This document shows positions 1-13,096 of a stretch of DNA of 64,000 bases, piece by piece. Below the pieces are notes generated by a model. It was given only the letters and a program-made list of their open reading frames with translations. It had not been told where the DNA came from and made no database searches. Position 1 is the first letter of the stretch. The number at the start of each line of letters is the position of its first letter. The stretch is from Octopus vulgaris. Lineage: Eukaryota. Both the position numbers and the translations under genes were made by a program. Location of the stretch: NCBI GenBank assembly GCA_951406725.2, contig OX597832.1:54436001-54500000 (forward strand). The letters run 5' to 3'.

Positions 1-353
1 GAGAGGGGAGAGAGGGAGAGATAGTGAAAGTATTAGAAAACAGTGTTTGGAAAGTTTCAAGCCAGAAGAATCGGTCGTTCGTCCCAGTAGTTATTATCAA
101 GTTTGGTTTTACAGTCGATAATTACAGTTGTCGATTCACCGAGAAGGGATGGAAATAAAGCGAAAATAAGCCACCCACATAACTAACCACACACTAATTC
201 TGCACTACTAAACATAACCGAGATAACTAGGATTATATATAACTTAACTACTTATACCCTACTCTGAATTAGGACGACCATGAAACACATTCTCGGCGTT
301 CCTAGGAATGTACTTCACTGAGTGACACCGTTCTGAATACACTAAATATTGGA

Positions 354-798
354 TACTCTTTTACTCTTTTAACTTGTTTCAGTCATTTGACTGCGGCCAT
401 GCTGGAGCACCGCCTTTAATCGAGCAACTCGACCCTGGGACTTATTCTTTTGTAAGCCCAGTACTTATTCTATTGGTCTCTTTTGCTGAACTGCTAAGTA
501 ACGGGGACATAAACACACCAGCATTGGTTGTCAAGCAATGCTGGGGAGACAAATACACACATACAAACACACACACACACACAAACAAACACACGCACAC
601 ACAAACACACACACGCATATATGTATATACATATATACGACGGGCTTCTTTCAGTTTCCTTCTACCAAATCCACTCACAAGGCATTGGTCGGCCCGAGGC
701 TATAGTAGAAGACACTTGCCCAAGGTGCCATGCAGTGGGACTGAACCTGGAACCATGTGGTTGGTAAACAAGCTACTTACCACACAGCCACTCCTGCG
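354..798 (-). mobile_element. tRNA-derived SINE, family A (resembles octopus OK SINE), full length
   Basis: Reverse complement of head GGAGTGGCTGTGTGGTAAG...GGTTCAGTCCC, internal (TA)/(TG) tract and (GTAAAAGA)n tail; about 20 copies or fragments in window. Confidence 0.85.
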
Positions 799-829
799 GT
801 CATCAAAGCAAATGTTGGGAATGATTTAG

Positions 830-1090
830 AGAGATAGATAACTTTCTTTATTGGCCACACAGGGCTAGACACAGAGGGGACAAGTACAATGTAGAGTTTT
901 TCTTTTTGATGTGGGGGGGGGGGGGCGAAAAGAAAAAAGAAAAGAAAAAAGGACAACGATCAAAAGTGATTGAAATAGTTAGGGATATATGCAAAAAAAA
1001 ATTCAAACGGTACAAAGAGTTCCCAAGAAATGGGGAGGTTTATCTGTGGAAAGAAAAACCTACGAAAAGACCACAGTAACCTTGGGAAAT
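830..1090 (-). mobile_element. 3' end of a putative LINE sharing its tail with SINE family B2
   Basis: Minus strand ends TTGTCCCCCTCTGTGTCTAGCCCTGTGTGGCCAATAAAGAAA, similar to the B2 tail, but upstream sequence is unrelated to the SINE body. Confidence 0.45.
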
Positions 1091-1117
1091 TATGTCACAT
1101 ATTAACATATTTATTTA

Positions 1118-1152
1118 CAGACAGATAGATAGACAGATAGATAGATAGATAA

Positions 1153-1229
<77 letters not shown>

Positions 1230-1258
1230 CAGATAGATAGACAGACAGATAGACAGAC

Positions 1259-1301
<43 letters not shown>

Positions 1302-1422
1302 TAGATAGATAGATAGACAGACAGATAGATAGATAGACAGATAGATAGATAGACAGATAGATACATAGATAGACAGATAGACAGACAGACAGATAGATAG
1401 ACAGATAGATAGATAGACAGAC

Positions 1423-1453
<31 letters not shown>

Positions 1454-1482
1454 CAGATAGATAGACAGATAGATAGATAGAC

Positions 1483-1521
<39 letters not shown>

Positions 1522-1522
1522 C
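1118..1522. repeat. (AGAT)/(AGAC)n microsatellite
   Basis: Direct reading. Confidence 0.97.
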
Positions 1523-1715
1523 AAAGAGTGAGGGGCAGAGAGAGAAAGAGGAGGAGAGGGAGTGAATATCTGTTTATCTTTATCATTAGCAAGATATTGA
1601 GCCTTGTTGACCGGACAGATGTCCCGTTACTGTGAAGTATAAATAAGTTGTTATCTTTCTTTCATGCTCTACCATCATAAGCAAAGTAAGGTTCTACGAT
1701 TAAATGTAATATCAG

Positions 1716-2185
1716 GTTTCGAGCTCAAATCCTGCCAAGGTCAACTTTGACTTTCGCCCTTTTGGGATCGATAAAGCAATCAAATAATTCCCCCACCCAC
1801 TGCTACCATCCCGACACTGCAAAATTTCAGGCTTTGCGCCTATAATAGAAAACTTCATCGTTTCGGATGAAGATGTTATCGACTATCCCACTCCTCCCAC
1901 CACCACCACCAAATTTCAGGCCTTGTGCCTATAGGAGAAAGGCTTATTACTACTGTTGTTGTTGTTGTTGTTGATGTCGATAAGGTGTTGCGCTGGCAGG
2001 ATTGTTGCTACAGCGGTATTTCACCCGTCGCTACATTCTGAGTTCAAATTCCACTCAGGTCGACTTTGCCTTTCATCCTTTCGGGGTTGATAAATTAAGT
2101 ACCAGTAAAACACTGGGGTCGATGTCATTGACTAGTCTCCACCCAACCAAATTTCAGGCCTTGTGCCTTTGGTAGAAAGGATTGT
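1716..2185 (+). mobile_element. Tandem cluster of three family B1 SINE copies/fragments
   Basis: Core GTCGACTTTGCCTTTCATCCTTTCGGGG (Meta/MESC-like domain) and repeated tail AAATTTCAGGCCTTGTGCCT. Confidence 0.75.
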
Positions 2186-2254
2186 TAATTAGTGTTGTTG
2201 CTGGTGATGTTCATTATTTACAATGGACGGATAGGTCTCCTCACCTTGTTAATG

Positions 2255-2410
2255 TATTCAGTGCTTAACTTGTACTTATTTTATCAACCCCAAAAGGATG
2301 AAAGGCAAAGTCAACCTCTGCAGAATTTGAACTCAGAATATAAAGACAGGCCAAATACCGCTAAGCATTTTTTTCTGGTGCAGTAACAATTCTGCCAGCT
2401 CACTACCTTA
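2255..2410 (-). mobile_element. SINE family B, partial
   Basis: AAAGGATGAAAGGCAAAGTCAACC...GAATTTGAACTCAGAA. Confidence 0.75.
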
Positions 2411-2699
2411 ACAACATCAACAATACTATCCTATATTTTTGAGATGAAGAATTATGTACATTATTTATAACCAGCTGGCACCATACAGTCAAAAATGTTG
2501 TTATCAGGTGTTCTTGTGGAATTTCAAACCTAACCCTTTATTTGATTAATATTATATTACCTGATATTATTTTTCAAGTCCCTACCTGTGATTGAACTTA
2601 GAATCCGAGGGTTAATAGCCTGCGCTCTTATCCACCACACTATATGCCTGTTGGCAATTATAGACCTAGTATTTTATGTGTATTTTAGTATTTTATGTG

Positions 2700-3032
2700 A
2701 AGGCACATGGCTCAGTGGTTAGAGCATCAAGCTTATGATTGTGAGGTTGTGAGCTCGAATCCCGGACCAGGCTGCGTGTTGTGTTCTTGAGCAAGAAACT
2801 TTATTTCACATTGCTCCAGTTCACTCGGCAGTAGAAATGAGTTGCGACGTCACAGATGCCAAGCTGTATCGGCCTTTGCCTTTCCCTTGGATTACACTGG
2901 TAGTGTGGAGAATGGAGGCCGGTATGCATGGGCGACTGTTGGTCTTCTATAAATAACCTTGCCCAGACTTGTGCCCGGGAGGGTAACTTTCTAGGTGCAA
3001 TTCCATGGTCTGTGTCGTGATCGAAGGGGGTC
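2700..3032 (+). mobile_element. tRNA-derived SINE family C
   Basis: Head GGCACATGGCTCAGTGGTTAGAGC...TCGAATCCC followed by TGTGTTCTTGAGCAAG body. Confidence 0.75.
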
Positions 3033-3428
3033 TCAGATTTTATCTTCTTAATACTGGTTCCCATATTATATTCATATCTGCACTAGGTCTGTTTAGGGCT
3101 ACTAACCCTCGGATTCTAAGTTCAATCCCGGGTAGGTGGTGCTCCAGTATGGCCACAGTCATTTGACTGAAACAAGTAAAAGAGTAAAAAGAGAGAGTAA
3201 CCTTCATCTATCAAGTCTTGTGGCTGCACATGCATAACAATTCCTTCTGGAAATTTCTCATTTACTATAATTTTTCTTTTGGAAACAACTATCACCTCTA
3301 TTGTACTACCATCTGTCATACAAGAAACAGCTAAGGCAAACTTTTATTTTCTTGCTATGTCCAGTCAATTTTTACACATGAGTTTTCTTTCTGATTCGTT
3401 TCACAGTTTACTTCTCTGCCATGTTTAA

Positions 3429-3649
3429 CCCTTTAGTGTTTGCATTATTCTGCCAAAATTAATCCTTTTTCATCCACATTGCTTTGAACTAATCATGCAT
3501 TATATTGTAGCTATGAGATTTTGATGGGGTAGCTGTTAATTTTTTAAAAGATATTGTAGGGTTGGTGTGAGAGGCTAGATCTGACCAGTTTGAACATAAA
3601 ATAGGCAGAATACTTTTGGCCAGATATGGTTGGTTTAAATGCTAAGGGG
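3429..3649. mobile_element. piggyBac-type MITE (family P1)
   Basis: TTAA|CCCTTTAG ... CTAAGGGG|TTAA; related copies at 40823 and 42140. Confidence 0.8.
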
Positions 3650-3934
3650 TTAAACTAAAAGCAGCTTTGTTCATATTTCCAATACAAGATAACACACATC
3701 CTTCCTTCTGTTGATTTCTGATTACAAATTAGTGAAACATTAGTGCTCTATGATCCAAATCAGCAGGTAGCTTTTTTCGCAGTCTTTCTTTCCCGCCAAA
3801 GTGTTAAATTATACCGTTCCATAAATCTTGTGCATCATCTGGTACTTACAGTTGAGCAGATAGTGAAGGCAGTTGATGGATGGAGGAGAGTCCCTCCTTG
3901 GCGATACTTCTATGGAGGTAATGCTTTTGGGTCT

Positions 3935-4167
3935 GAGGCGGCGAGCTGGCAGAACTGTTAGCACGCCACGTGAAATGCGTAGCCGTATTTCGCCTGCCGT
4001 TACGTTCTGAGTTCAAATTCCGCCGTGGTCGACTTTGCCTTTCATCCTTTCGGAGTCGAGAAATTAAGTACCAGTTACGCACTGGGGTCGATGTAATCGA
4101 CTTAATCCCTTTGTCTGTCCTTGTTTGTCCCCTCTGTGTTTAGCCCCTTGTGGGCAGTAAAGAAATA
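3935..4167 (+). mobile_element. SINE family B2, full length
   Basis: GGCGGCGAGCTGGCAGAA head, core, tail CCCCTTGTGGGCAGTAAAGAAATA. Confidence 0.85.
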
Positions 4168-4384
4168 TATATAAGCCTGTACAGGGTGTGGAGATGGTGG
4201 GGTGTGGTAGCAAACTCAAAGACCACCCCTGGTGTCATACATACAGATTAACTAAGCCACTGGGTACCTATTTTAAAATCAAGAATTCTGTCCTTCTTTG
4301 TGTCTTTTTGTGCATGGATTCAGATGATTTCATAGATTATACACTTTCTGACTGGATGAGATGACAAACTCACTTACTGCCACC

Positions 4385-4700
4385 CTATCAGTCATGATGA
4401 CGAGGGTTCAAGTTGATCCAGGCATGGGAACAGCTTGCTCGGAAAATAATGTGCAAGTGACCGAGCACTCCACAGACATGCGTACCCTTAATGTGACTCA
4501 CAGGGAGATTCAGTGTGGCACAGAGTGTGACAAGGCTGACCCTTCTAATTACAGGTACTACTCATTTTTGCCAGCTGAGTGGACTGGAGCAACATGAAAT
4601 AAAAAGTCTTGCTCAAGAATACAATGCATCACCAGGAACTGATCTCATGATGTTATGATCGTGAGCTGGATATCCCAACCTTAACCATGAAGCCATGCAA
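4385..4700 (-). mobile_element. SINE, family C body with family E 3' tail
   Basis: Tail shared with 13097-13290; body CCAGCTGAGTGGACTGGAGCAAC shared with family C. Confidence 0.6.
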
Positions 4701-4716
4701 CTTCACGAGATGACAA

Positions 4717-4960
4717 GTACTTGTTTCTGTTATTTGACTGTGGCCATGCTGGAGCACTGCAAACAGACACACACACACACATATACACATATATACGACA
4801 AGCTTCTTTCAGTTTCTGTCTACCAAATCCACTCACAAGGCTTTGGTCGGCACGAGGCTATAGTAGAAGACACTTGCCCAAGGTGCCATGTACTGGGACT
4901 GAACCTGGAACCATGTATTTGGTAAGCAAGCTACTTACCACATAGCCACTCCTACACCTG
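4717..4960 (-). mobile_element. SINE family A, internally deleted
   Basis: Head and tail motifs present, middle missing. Confidence 0.75.
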
Positions 4961-4969
4961 TGTATATAA

Positions 4970-5514
<545 letters not shown>

Positions 5515-5974
5515 CGATAATGATGACAATGATGGCGATGCTGATGATGCTACCATTGCTATTTATCATCTCAACCAGCTTCTTGCTTCTTGCAATCAAT
5601 AAAGTCTGAAATGGCCCATTCCAGACATCTTATAATGGGAAGATCTTACGATAGGAATCAGAGCAAATTTTATAACACCAGTCTCTAGTCATCGTATCAT
5701 TTAAAATGCTTCTGAAGCAAACCCTTTTGGTTAGACTAAAACATCAACAGAATGAACCAATCAAAACATTCACAAAATCACACGTGCGTGGGTTGTATTG
5801 ACATACATAACAAACGCAAATATGAGTTAATGCATAGTGTAACATCATAATTATCTAAATGATTAGATAACAACAAATACCATAACTTTATAGTTATCTA
5901 AAATAGGAGTTGACGTACTAAAATATCTTAATTGTTGCAAATGTTTGCTAGCACACATATTAAACTCCTAGTTC

Positions 5975-6680
5975 AACCATTCTGTGACTGACCTGCTTAA
6001 GTCTGCATTTGCTTCTATGATATAAACCTCATATTTTAACCCTTTCGTTACTGTATTTATTTTGAGATGTTCTCTGTTTCTTTCAATAATTTTAATTATA
6101 ACAAAGAATTTAGTAAAATAACTTAGTTATCGTTAACCTAGTGTTAGGAACATAAATTGTGACTAAGGTTTGGTGGAAGATTTTGATTCAAAACTTATGA
6201 AAACAAGACATTTGTACTCAGAGCCAGATCCAGTTTCAGCCAGGTTGGTATTGAAAGGGTTAAGAATTGTTTCTCTATTATATATTTTAACTATTTTGTT
6301 ACCATATTTCTGTTGAGATGCTCTGTTTCTTTCAATTACTTTAAATATAACAAAATATTTAGTAAAATAACTTAGTTGTCATTCAGCTAGTGTTAGGAAC
6401 ATAAATTGTGACTAAGGTTTGGTGGAAGATTTTGATTCAAAACTTATGAAAACAAGACATTTGTACTCAGAGCCAGATCCAGTTTCAGCCGAGTTGGTAA
6501 TGAAAGGGTTAAAGTAGTTTAAATGGAAATCTTCCATCAAATTTACATCTCAGTTTATGTTCCAATCACCAGTCTCGAATGAATGATTTATTAAAATAAC
6601 TGAATTATTCATTCTTTTTAAAGTCAATAGTCAAAACAAGACAGTGTACTTTAACAGAAATACGAAAGATACAGGATTAA
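5975..6680. mobile_element. Nest of piggyBac-type MITEs (family P2): two tandem copies (6040-6259, 6291-6508) inside an older opposite-orientation copy
   Basis: TTAA|CCCTTT...AAAGGG|TTAA ends; flank 6525-6575 is a diverged reverse complement of the internal GTGTTAGGAACATAAATTG...GGTGGAAGATTT. Confidence 0.75.
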
Positions 6681-6827
6681 GGCTTGTGTTAACACTCATA
6701 GACAAGCTTATCTTTGTTGTCCCCTCGTGGGAAATAAAAAAAATCACTCATAGACAATCTTACAAAAAAAAACAAAAAACCAAAGACAACACAGCATCAA
6801 TGATTTTCAGAAATACATTTTTCTGGT

Positions 6828-7062
6828 CAGTGACGAGCTGGCAGAATCGTTAGCATGCCAGGTGAAATGCTATGCAGTATTTAATCTGCTGTTATATTCT
6901 GAGTTCAAATTCCGCCGAGGTCGACTTTGCCTTTCATCCTTTCGGGGTCGATTAAATAAGTACCAGTTACACACTGGGGTCGATATAATCGACTTAATCC
7001 CTTTGTTTGTCCTTGTTTGTCCCCTCTATGTTTAGCCCCTTGTGGGCAATATAGAAATAAGA
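6828..7062 (+). mobile_element. SINE family B2
   Basis: Matches 3935-4167. Confidence 0.85.
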
Positions 7063-7209
7063 ATTGCTGAAGCATAGAATAGACAACCCACATAAATTTG
7101 AGACTAAGTGTTTTGTTCAAGAATACAACACACCACCTGGTCCAGAAATTGAAACCACAATCTCGAGATTGAGAGTGCAACACCCTAACCACCAGGCCAT
7201 GCTAACTAA

Positions 7210-7600
7210 TCTATATATATAAAGTTGAAGTTGTCTGTGTGTGGAAGGTTTGGTAGCCTTCAACTAACACTATCTCCTCCGAGACCTTGCGGCGCAAGTT
7301 GACCAAAATTGAGAGTATGATAGAAGAAGGCTTGCTCTTCATTCCATAGAAGATAAAATTCAAATCGGACCATGTTAACACCAAAATTTATTTACATCAA
7401 AAAGGTGCTTTTTTTTTTATGAAAATCCCAATTTTTTCCGATTTTTTTACTGCAATGTCGCCATTTTCCGGTGTATTTCAACCAGAAAAATGTTCACTTA
7501 AAGAGAATAACAAGCTACATAATGCAAAATTTTTACTTTTCAAAAATTCCAATTCTAAAGGGTCGAAACAAACCCAAGCAATGCCAAGCGATACCGCTAG
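7210..7600 (+). mobile_element. Non-autonomous Helitron
   Basis: A|TCTATATATATAAA 5' end, subterminal GC-rich segment and CTAG|T 3' end, no TSD. Confidence 0.75.
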
Positions 7601-8028
7601 TGGTAATAATAATGCTTACTAATAGCAAAAGGATTAAGTAAATCAATAAACAGCAAATAATAGCAACTATTTTAAACAGCTGGTGATCTTCAAACAAATC
7701 GGCGCCAGTCGTAGAATGTTGGCTTCACTTTTCAAAACTTTTAAAGGTTCTGTTTTAAAGGTCATCAAATGCAATGGACAAAATGCTATACATTTTGGGA
7801 GAGAGAGTATAACCAATAAGTTAATCCCAGCATTCAGCTAATATATTTTTTATTTTTATCGATCAAGAAAGTCTAAACAACAACAATATCTACCAATACT
7901 GATAATTAGAGCCGGTAGGAGCTAACGAGAGAGAGAGGAGCCACTATTTTGTAGTTTGACCTGCAAGAAATATCAGCCAAATCATATTCAAATATCATCA
8001 CCTTACCATCTAAATATCATCAAATTAT

Positions 8029-8198
8029 AGGCGCAGGAGTGGCTGTGTGGTAAGTAGGTTGCTTACCAACCACATGGTTCCAGGTTCAGTCCCACTGCAT
8101 CACACCTTGGGGAAGTGTCTTCTACTATAGCCTCGGGCCAACCAAAGCCTTGTGAGTAGATTTGGTAGACAGAAACTGAAAGAAGCCTGTCGTATATA

Positions 8199-8251
<53 letters not shown>

Positions 8252-8452
8252 GTGTCTGTGTTTGTCCCCCCAACATCGCTTGACAACCGATGCTGGTGTG
8301 TTTACGTCCCCATAACTTAGCAGTTCGGCAAAAGATACCGATGGAATAAGTACTAGGCTTACAAAGAATAAGTCTGGGGTCGATTTGCTCGACTAAAGGC
8401 AGTGCTCCAGCATGGCCGCAGTCAAATGACTGAAACAAGTAAAAGAGTAAAT
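8029..8452 (+). mobile_element. SINE family A, full length
   Basis: Consensus head, microsatellite and tail. Confidence 0.85.
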
Positions 8453-8464
8453 AAAATCCTTTTT

Positions 8465-8893
8465 TATTTTGGTACAAGGCATGCAATTTTAGGGGAGCAG
8501 AGGGAGGGGAAATTATATTAACCCCCAATTCCTGTTTCTTATTTTAACCACCCCTGAAGGGATGAAAAGCAAAGCTGACCTTGATGGAATTTGAACTAAA
8601 AAGGAAGAAATTCTATTAAGCATTTTGTCTGGTATGGCAATGATTCTGTCAGTTCGCTACTTTCATCATCAAATAATTCTTTATGCTATAAATAAAAGGG
8701 GTTAAATTTTGAATGAGAGGACAAGCCAATCACATCAACCCCAATACTCAACTGGTATTTATTTTAATGACCCTGAAAGGATAAAATGCAAAGTTAACCT
8801 TCGTGGGATTTGAACTCAAAACGTAATCAGTTGCAAAAAAATGCCACAAAGCTTTTTGCCCAGTGTGCTAATGATTCTGCCAGCTAATTGCCT
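8465..8893 (-). mobile_element. Two tandem decayed family B1 SINEs
   Basis: Repeated GAAAGGAT..AAA.GCAAAG...GGAATTTGAACTC. Confidence 0.65.
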
Positions 8894-9234
8894 TCATCAT
8901 TAAATAATTAATACTATCCATACTTAGCTAATTGAGGTCACTGTGAGGTTGTTTTGCCTGCTAGAAACAGCAGCAGACTGTCTCAGATTATACTCTATCA
9001 TCTTAGACAAGAAGGACACATTAGATGAAGTCGTCTCAAGTGTCTCTGGGGAAATTACAGGGGATGGTCATGGTTGGAGCACCTTAGCGGCTACTCAGCA
9101 ACTAAACCAACACAATAAACTAGCTTCTCTGGTAGTTCATCTCACTCCTCTACCCCACCCACCGACTTTTGCTTCATACTTTGACACTGTTTTAAATAGA
9201 TTATGCCCCATACCTTCCCACCCTTAACCCTCTT

Positions 9235-9830
9235 TCGTCTTAGACCTGTTCCAGTCACCAGACTGTGGCCATGCTGGGGCACTGTCCTGAAAGGTCTTGG
9301 TCAAACAAATCAACCCCTGTACTGACTTTTTGTTTTTTGGTGGGTGGGTGGGTGGGTAGGTAGGGGATTCAAGCCCGGTACCTATTCCATTAGTTTCCCC
9401 TGCTGAACTGCCAGGTTACAGGGACATAAACAAACCATCACTGGATGTCAAGTGATGGCATGGATCAAACATAGACACAAAAGCACAGATGCTTTTTAAG
9501 TCTGGTATTTATTCTACTGGTCTCTTTCACTGAACCTCTAATTACAAGAATGTAAACAAACCAACATCAGTTGTCAAGCAGCAAGGTGAGGGCGGTGGTG
9601 TGTTGTGGTGGGGAATACTGCTGCAAAGATGCATGCATGCACACATACGTACATATACACTCACACACACACAATAAATTTCCACACAGTTTCCATTTAC
9701 CGAATTCACTCACAGGTCACTGATTGATTCGTGGCTATATTAGAAGATACTTGCCCAAGGTGCTGTGCAGTGGGACTGAACCCGAAACCATGCAGTTGCA
9801 AACAAGCCTCTTGTCCACACAGCCATGCCT
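9235..9830 (-). mobile_element. Decayed SINE family A with internal duplication
   Basis: GCCATGCTGGGGCAC tail, CTTGCCCAAGGTGC...GGGACTGAACCC head. Confidence 0.6.
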
Positions 9831-11050
9831 GACGTGACACAATCACTAAGATTGCAAGATTTCTCAAAGAAATCCAATCATAAAATAACAAATCAACTTC
9901 ATAGACCCTTGGCCATTTATCTTAATTTCCAACCTTAGAAACAAAAAAAAACCCCCAAATGAATAACAAGAACAAAACAAAAAACAACAAAAACATTTTC
10001 GTTTGCTCTCCCCCACCACATCTCTCTTTCCCCTGTCAGTAACGAATATAATTCTGGGGCCATTTTTTGTTCAGGTTGAACAATTAATTAAGTTTAATTA
10101 AGTGGCCTGTCAACATTGTGTTATACAGGCTTCTTCTCAGTCTTGTGGTTGATTTAAAACAGGGGCCACCAAAATTATGGGGTTTGGGGGTTGATTTTAT
10201 TAAGTGGGGGTCAGATGTAATGAGCATCCCATCCACTCTGTACATCCAGGATCGTGTTGGTGAATGCGTTTCTGCCCATTTTAAAGTAGTTGGGTAAACT
10301 ATTAGAGAGTTTTTAGCTGCAAGATTACATGGAGGGGGAGCCCCCTAGTTGTCTCAAATACACTGTGGTCATCCTTGTCATCATCATCATCATCGTCGTC
10401 GTCGTCATCGTTATCATCATCATCATCACTGTTTAACCCGAGTTAGTTCTAACTAAATACATCTATGATCAAACGCATGTGTTCTATCAATTGAAGTACG
10501 TACTGAAAGGCTTGGGTTAGCCTAAGGTAATGGCAAAAGACGTGTGTTTGCATGATGCATGTGTGTGTTTGTGTGTATGTGTGTGTGTGTGTAAGCATTA
10601 AATTAAGACAACATTTATTAAAACTTTTCCTTCCTATGTTGTTTTCCTTTTTTCCCACGTTCACTGCTTTCATGATTTATATATGTATGTATATGTAAGT
10701 AATTATCTAAGTGACAAAAAGAGAAGCTAAGTCTCATATTATAAATGAGAAGATGATTTCCATCTATCTGAATGGAACAATATCTATGTAGAGGAAGGGA
10801 AGAAGGGAAGGAGAAAAAGTAGAGAAAGAAATACATTGAAAGAGAGAGAGAGAGAGAGAGTGAATGTGCGAAAGATAGACAAATAGGTAGAGTTGTCACC
10901 TTTGTAACTAACAAGTTTCGATTAAAAATGTGGGAATCTTAAGTGACATATGTTGGATTTGGGTTGCTGCCACACCCAATGCCACCATATTTCAAACAGG
11001 GGTGTAAAAAATGTTTTCCATTAAGATTTATGATTAAATTAATGAGCAAG

Positions 11051-11611
11051 TTCTATATTTAAGAGATGAGGAATTATGTACATTATTTACATTATTTACA
11101 TTTACATTTGCCGTGCTGATGGCATGTAAAAAGGCACCATTTGAGCATGATTGTTACCTGCGTCACTTTACAGGCACTTGCGCTGGAGGCACGTGAAAAA
11201 ATATTCGAGCGAGGTCGTTGCTAGCTCTGCTGAACTGGCTCCTGTGCAGGTGGCACATAAAAAGCACCATTTGAGCATGGCCATTGCCAGTACCACCTGA
11301 CTGGCCCTTGTGCTGGTGGCATGTAAAAGTACCCTCTACACTCTCGGAGTGGTTGGCATTAGGAAGGACATCCAGCCGTAGAAACTCTGCCAGATCAGAT
11401 TGGAGTCTGGTGCAGCCATCTGGTTTGCCAAACCTCAGTCAAATCGTCCAACCTATGCTAGTACGGAAAGTGGACGTTAAATGATGACGATGTTGATAAT
11501 GATGACATTTGACAGATATTTGTCCTGATGAAGGCTGGATGGTATATCAGCCGAAACATTGTGTTAACAACAAACAAGATGAGGACAAATATCCGTCAAA
11601 TGTAAATAATG
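11051..11611. mobile_element. Penelope-like fold-back remnant interrupted by an RTE-type 3' tail (11110-11505)
   Basis: Inverted arms CATTATTTACATTTG / CAAATGTAAATAATG; 16-bp flanking repeat TAAATTAATGAGCAAG at 11035 and 11612; hammerhead-like motif at 11525. Confidence 0.6.
11525..11566 (+). ncRNA. Hammerhead-like motif (Penelope pLTR type)
   Basis: CTGATGA-A-GGCTG[loop]CAGCC-GAAAC; stem I partner not identified. Confidence 0.45.
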
Positions 11612-11739
11612 TAAATTAATGAGCAAGGTTAATATTTATAATAAATTTGCTATTTTTGATGGGTGGGCAGCACATACCTAGCACACCTGGAATATATGAC
11701 CCTGGAAAATAGCCTTCACCTGGTATCCCCTGTAGGCTT

Positions 11740-12095
11740 AATAATAATAATAATGAAATGATTGTATACAGTGCTCAGGTGCACCACAACTTGACAAAAA
11801 GTGCGTATAAAGAATATGCAGTAATGTACAAATGTCTGGAAAGCGAACAATGTATGAGTTAGATACATGCTTGCGTGTGTATGGAGGGGAGAAAATCAGG
11901 TGTAGTGTTGGCGAATCTCAGGAAGCATGGAAGTTTTGAAGGATGCAGTGCTCCGACAACTAACAAATGATGCCAGCAGTCTGTTCCATACTTCAGCAAC
12001 TCTTAGCATGAAAAAATGTTTCTGAAAGTCATAGGAGCTGTGCTGTTTTCTGACTTTGTAAACATGTCCACGAGTGTTAGACAGGAGGAGTTTTA
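11740..12095 (-). mobile_element. CR1-group LINE 3' end
   Basis: Homologous to 21322-21570 and 56965-57765; (TAA)n tail. Confidence 0.8.
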
Positions 12096-12101
12096 AGGCA
12101 A

Positions 12102-12859
12102 CTAGCAGTATAGCCCGGCTTTGCTTGGGATTAAGTTAGGATTATTAAGCTAATCAAGTTCTTTGTCAAATTTGAGTGAAATTCGTAGAAATTGGTAAAC
12201 TTTTGGCTGCAATTTTGCTGACAATTTGATTGAGAAATCCCATAAGAAATCGGTTTCTTGATTTTTTCCACTCATTGATTGTTTTTTTTTTGTTTTTTTT
12301 TCATGTAACCCCACCTTGCCAATGGTTTGAGAACCCTTCCAGCAAGGAAAATAGAACGCCCAAAAGAAGCGGTTATGTTCAGATGCTAATTTGTGGATGT
12401 GCATAAACTACAAAAACGTACACACACACATCTTGCCTTATATACTCTTTTCTCTTTTACTTGTTTCAGTCATTTGACTGCGGCCATGCTGGAGCACCGC
12501 CTTTAGTCGAGCAAATCGACCCCGGGACTTATTCTTTGTAAGCCCAGTACTTATTCTATCGGTCTCTTTTGCCGAACCACTAAGTGATGGGGGATGTTAT
12601 CACACCAGCATCGGTTGTCAAGCAATGCTAGGGGGGACAAACACAGACACACAAACACAGACACATACATACATATACATATATATATACATATATACGA
12701 CGAGCTTCTTTCAGTTTCCGTCTACCAAATCCACTCACAAGGCTTTGGTCGGCCCGGGGCTATAGCAAAAGACACTTGCCCAAGATGCCATGCAGTAGGA
12801 CTGAACCCGGACCATGTGGTTGGTTAGCAAGCCACCCCTGTGCCTTATATATATTCAGA
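12102..12859 (-). mobile_element. Non-autonomous Helitron interrupted by a family A SINE (12444-12845)
   Basis: Minus-strand 3' end CCCAAGCAAAGCCGGGCTATACTGCTAG|T resembles 7572-7601. Confidence 0.6.
12444..12845 (-). mobile_element. SINE family A
   Basis: Consensus match. Confidence 0.85.
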
Positions 12860-13096
12860 TAAATCATAATAAAAAGCAAATCAAAATAAAGTTAAGACAA
12901 AGTGGGTTGGAGATTATCTTACAGATCAAAGCATTAACCACAGAATAACTGTCACCTATTTATCGACTTCTGTGGTGACAACAGTAAGATTAGATCCCAA
13001 ACCCCACCCACCACAAAAGTCTGTTTTTAATTCACTCACCCCTTTCTTCTACAATCCCATTGGAGCCACGCATGCATTAACATATGCAAATGTTGG

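Noticed and set aside
374-829. Recurring ORFs such as FQSFDCGHAGAPPL and KDERQSRPRRNLNSE
   Set aside because: Translations of SINE families A and B; recurrence reflects the repeat.
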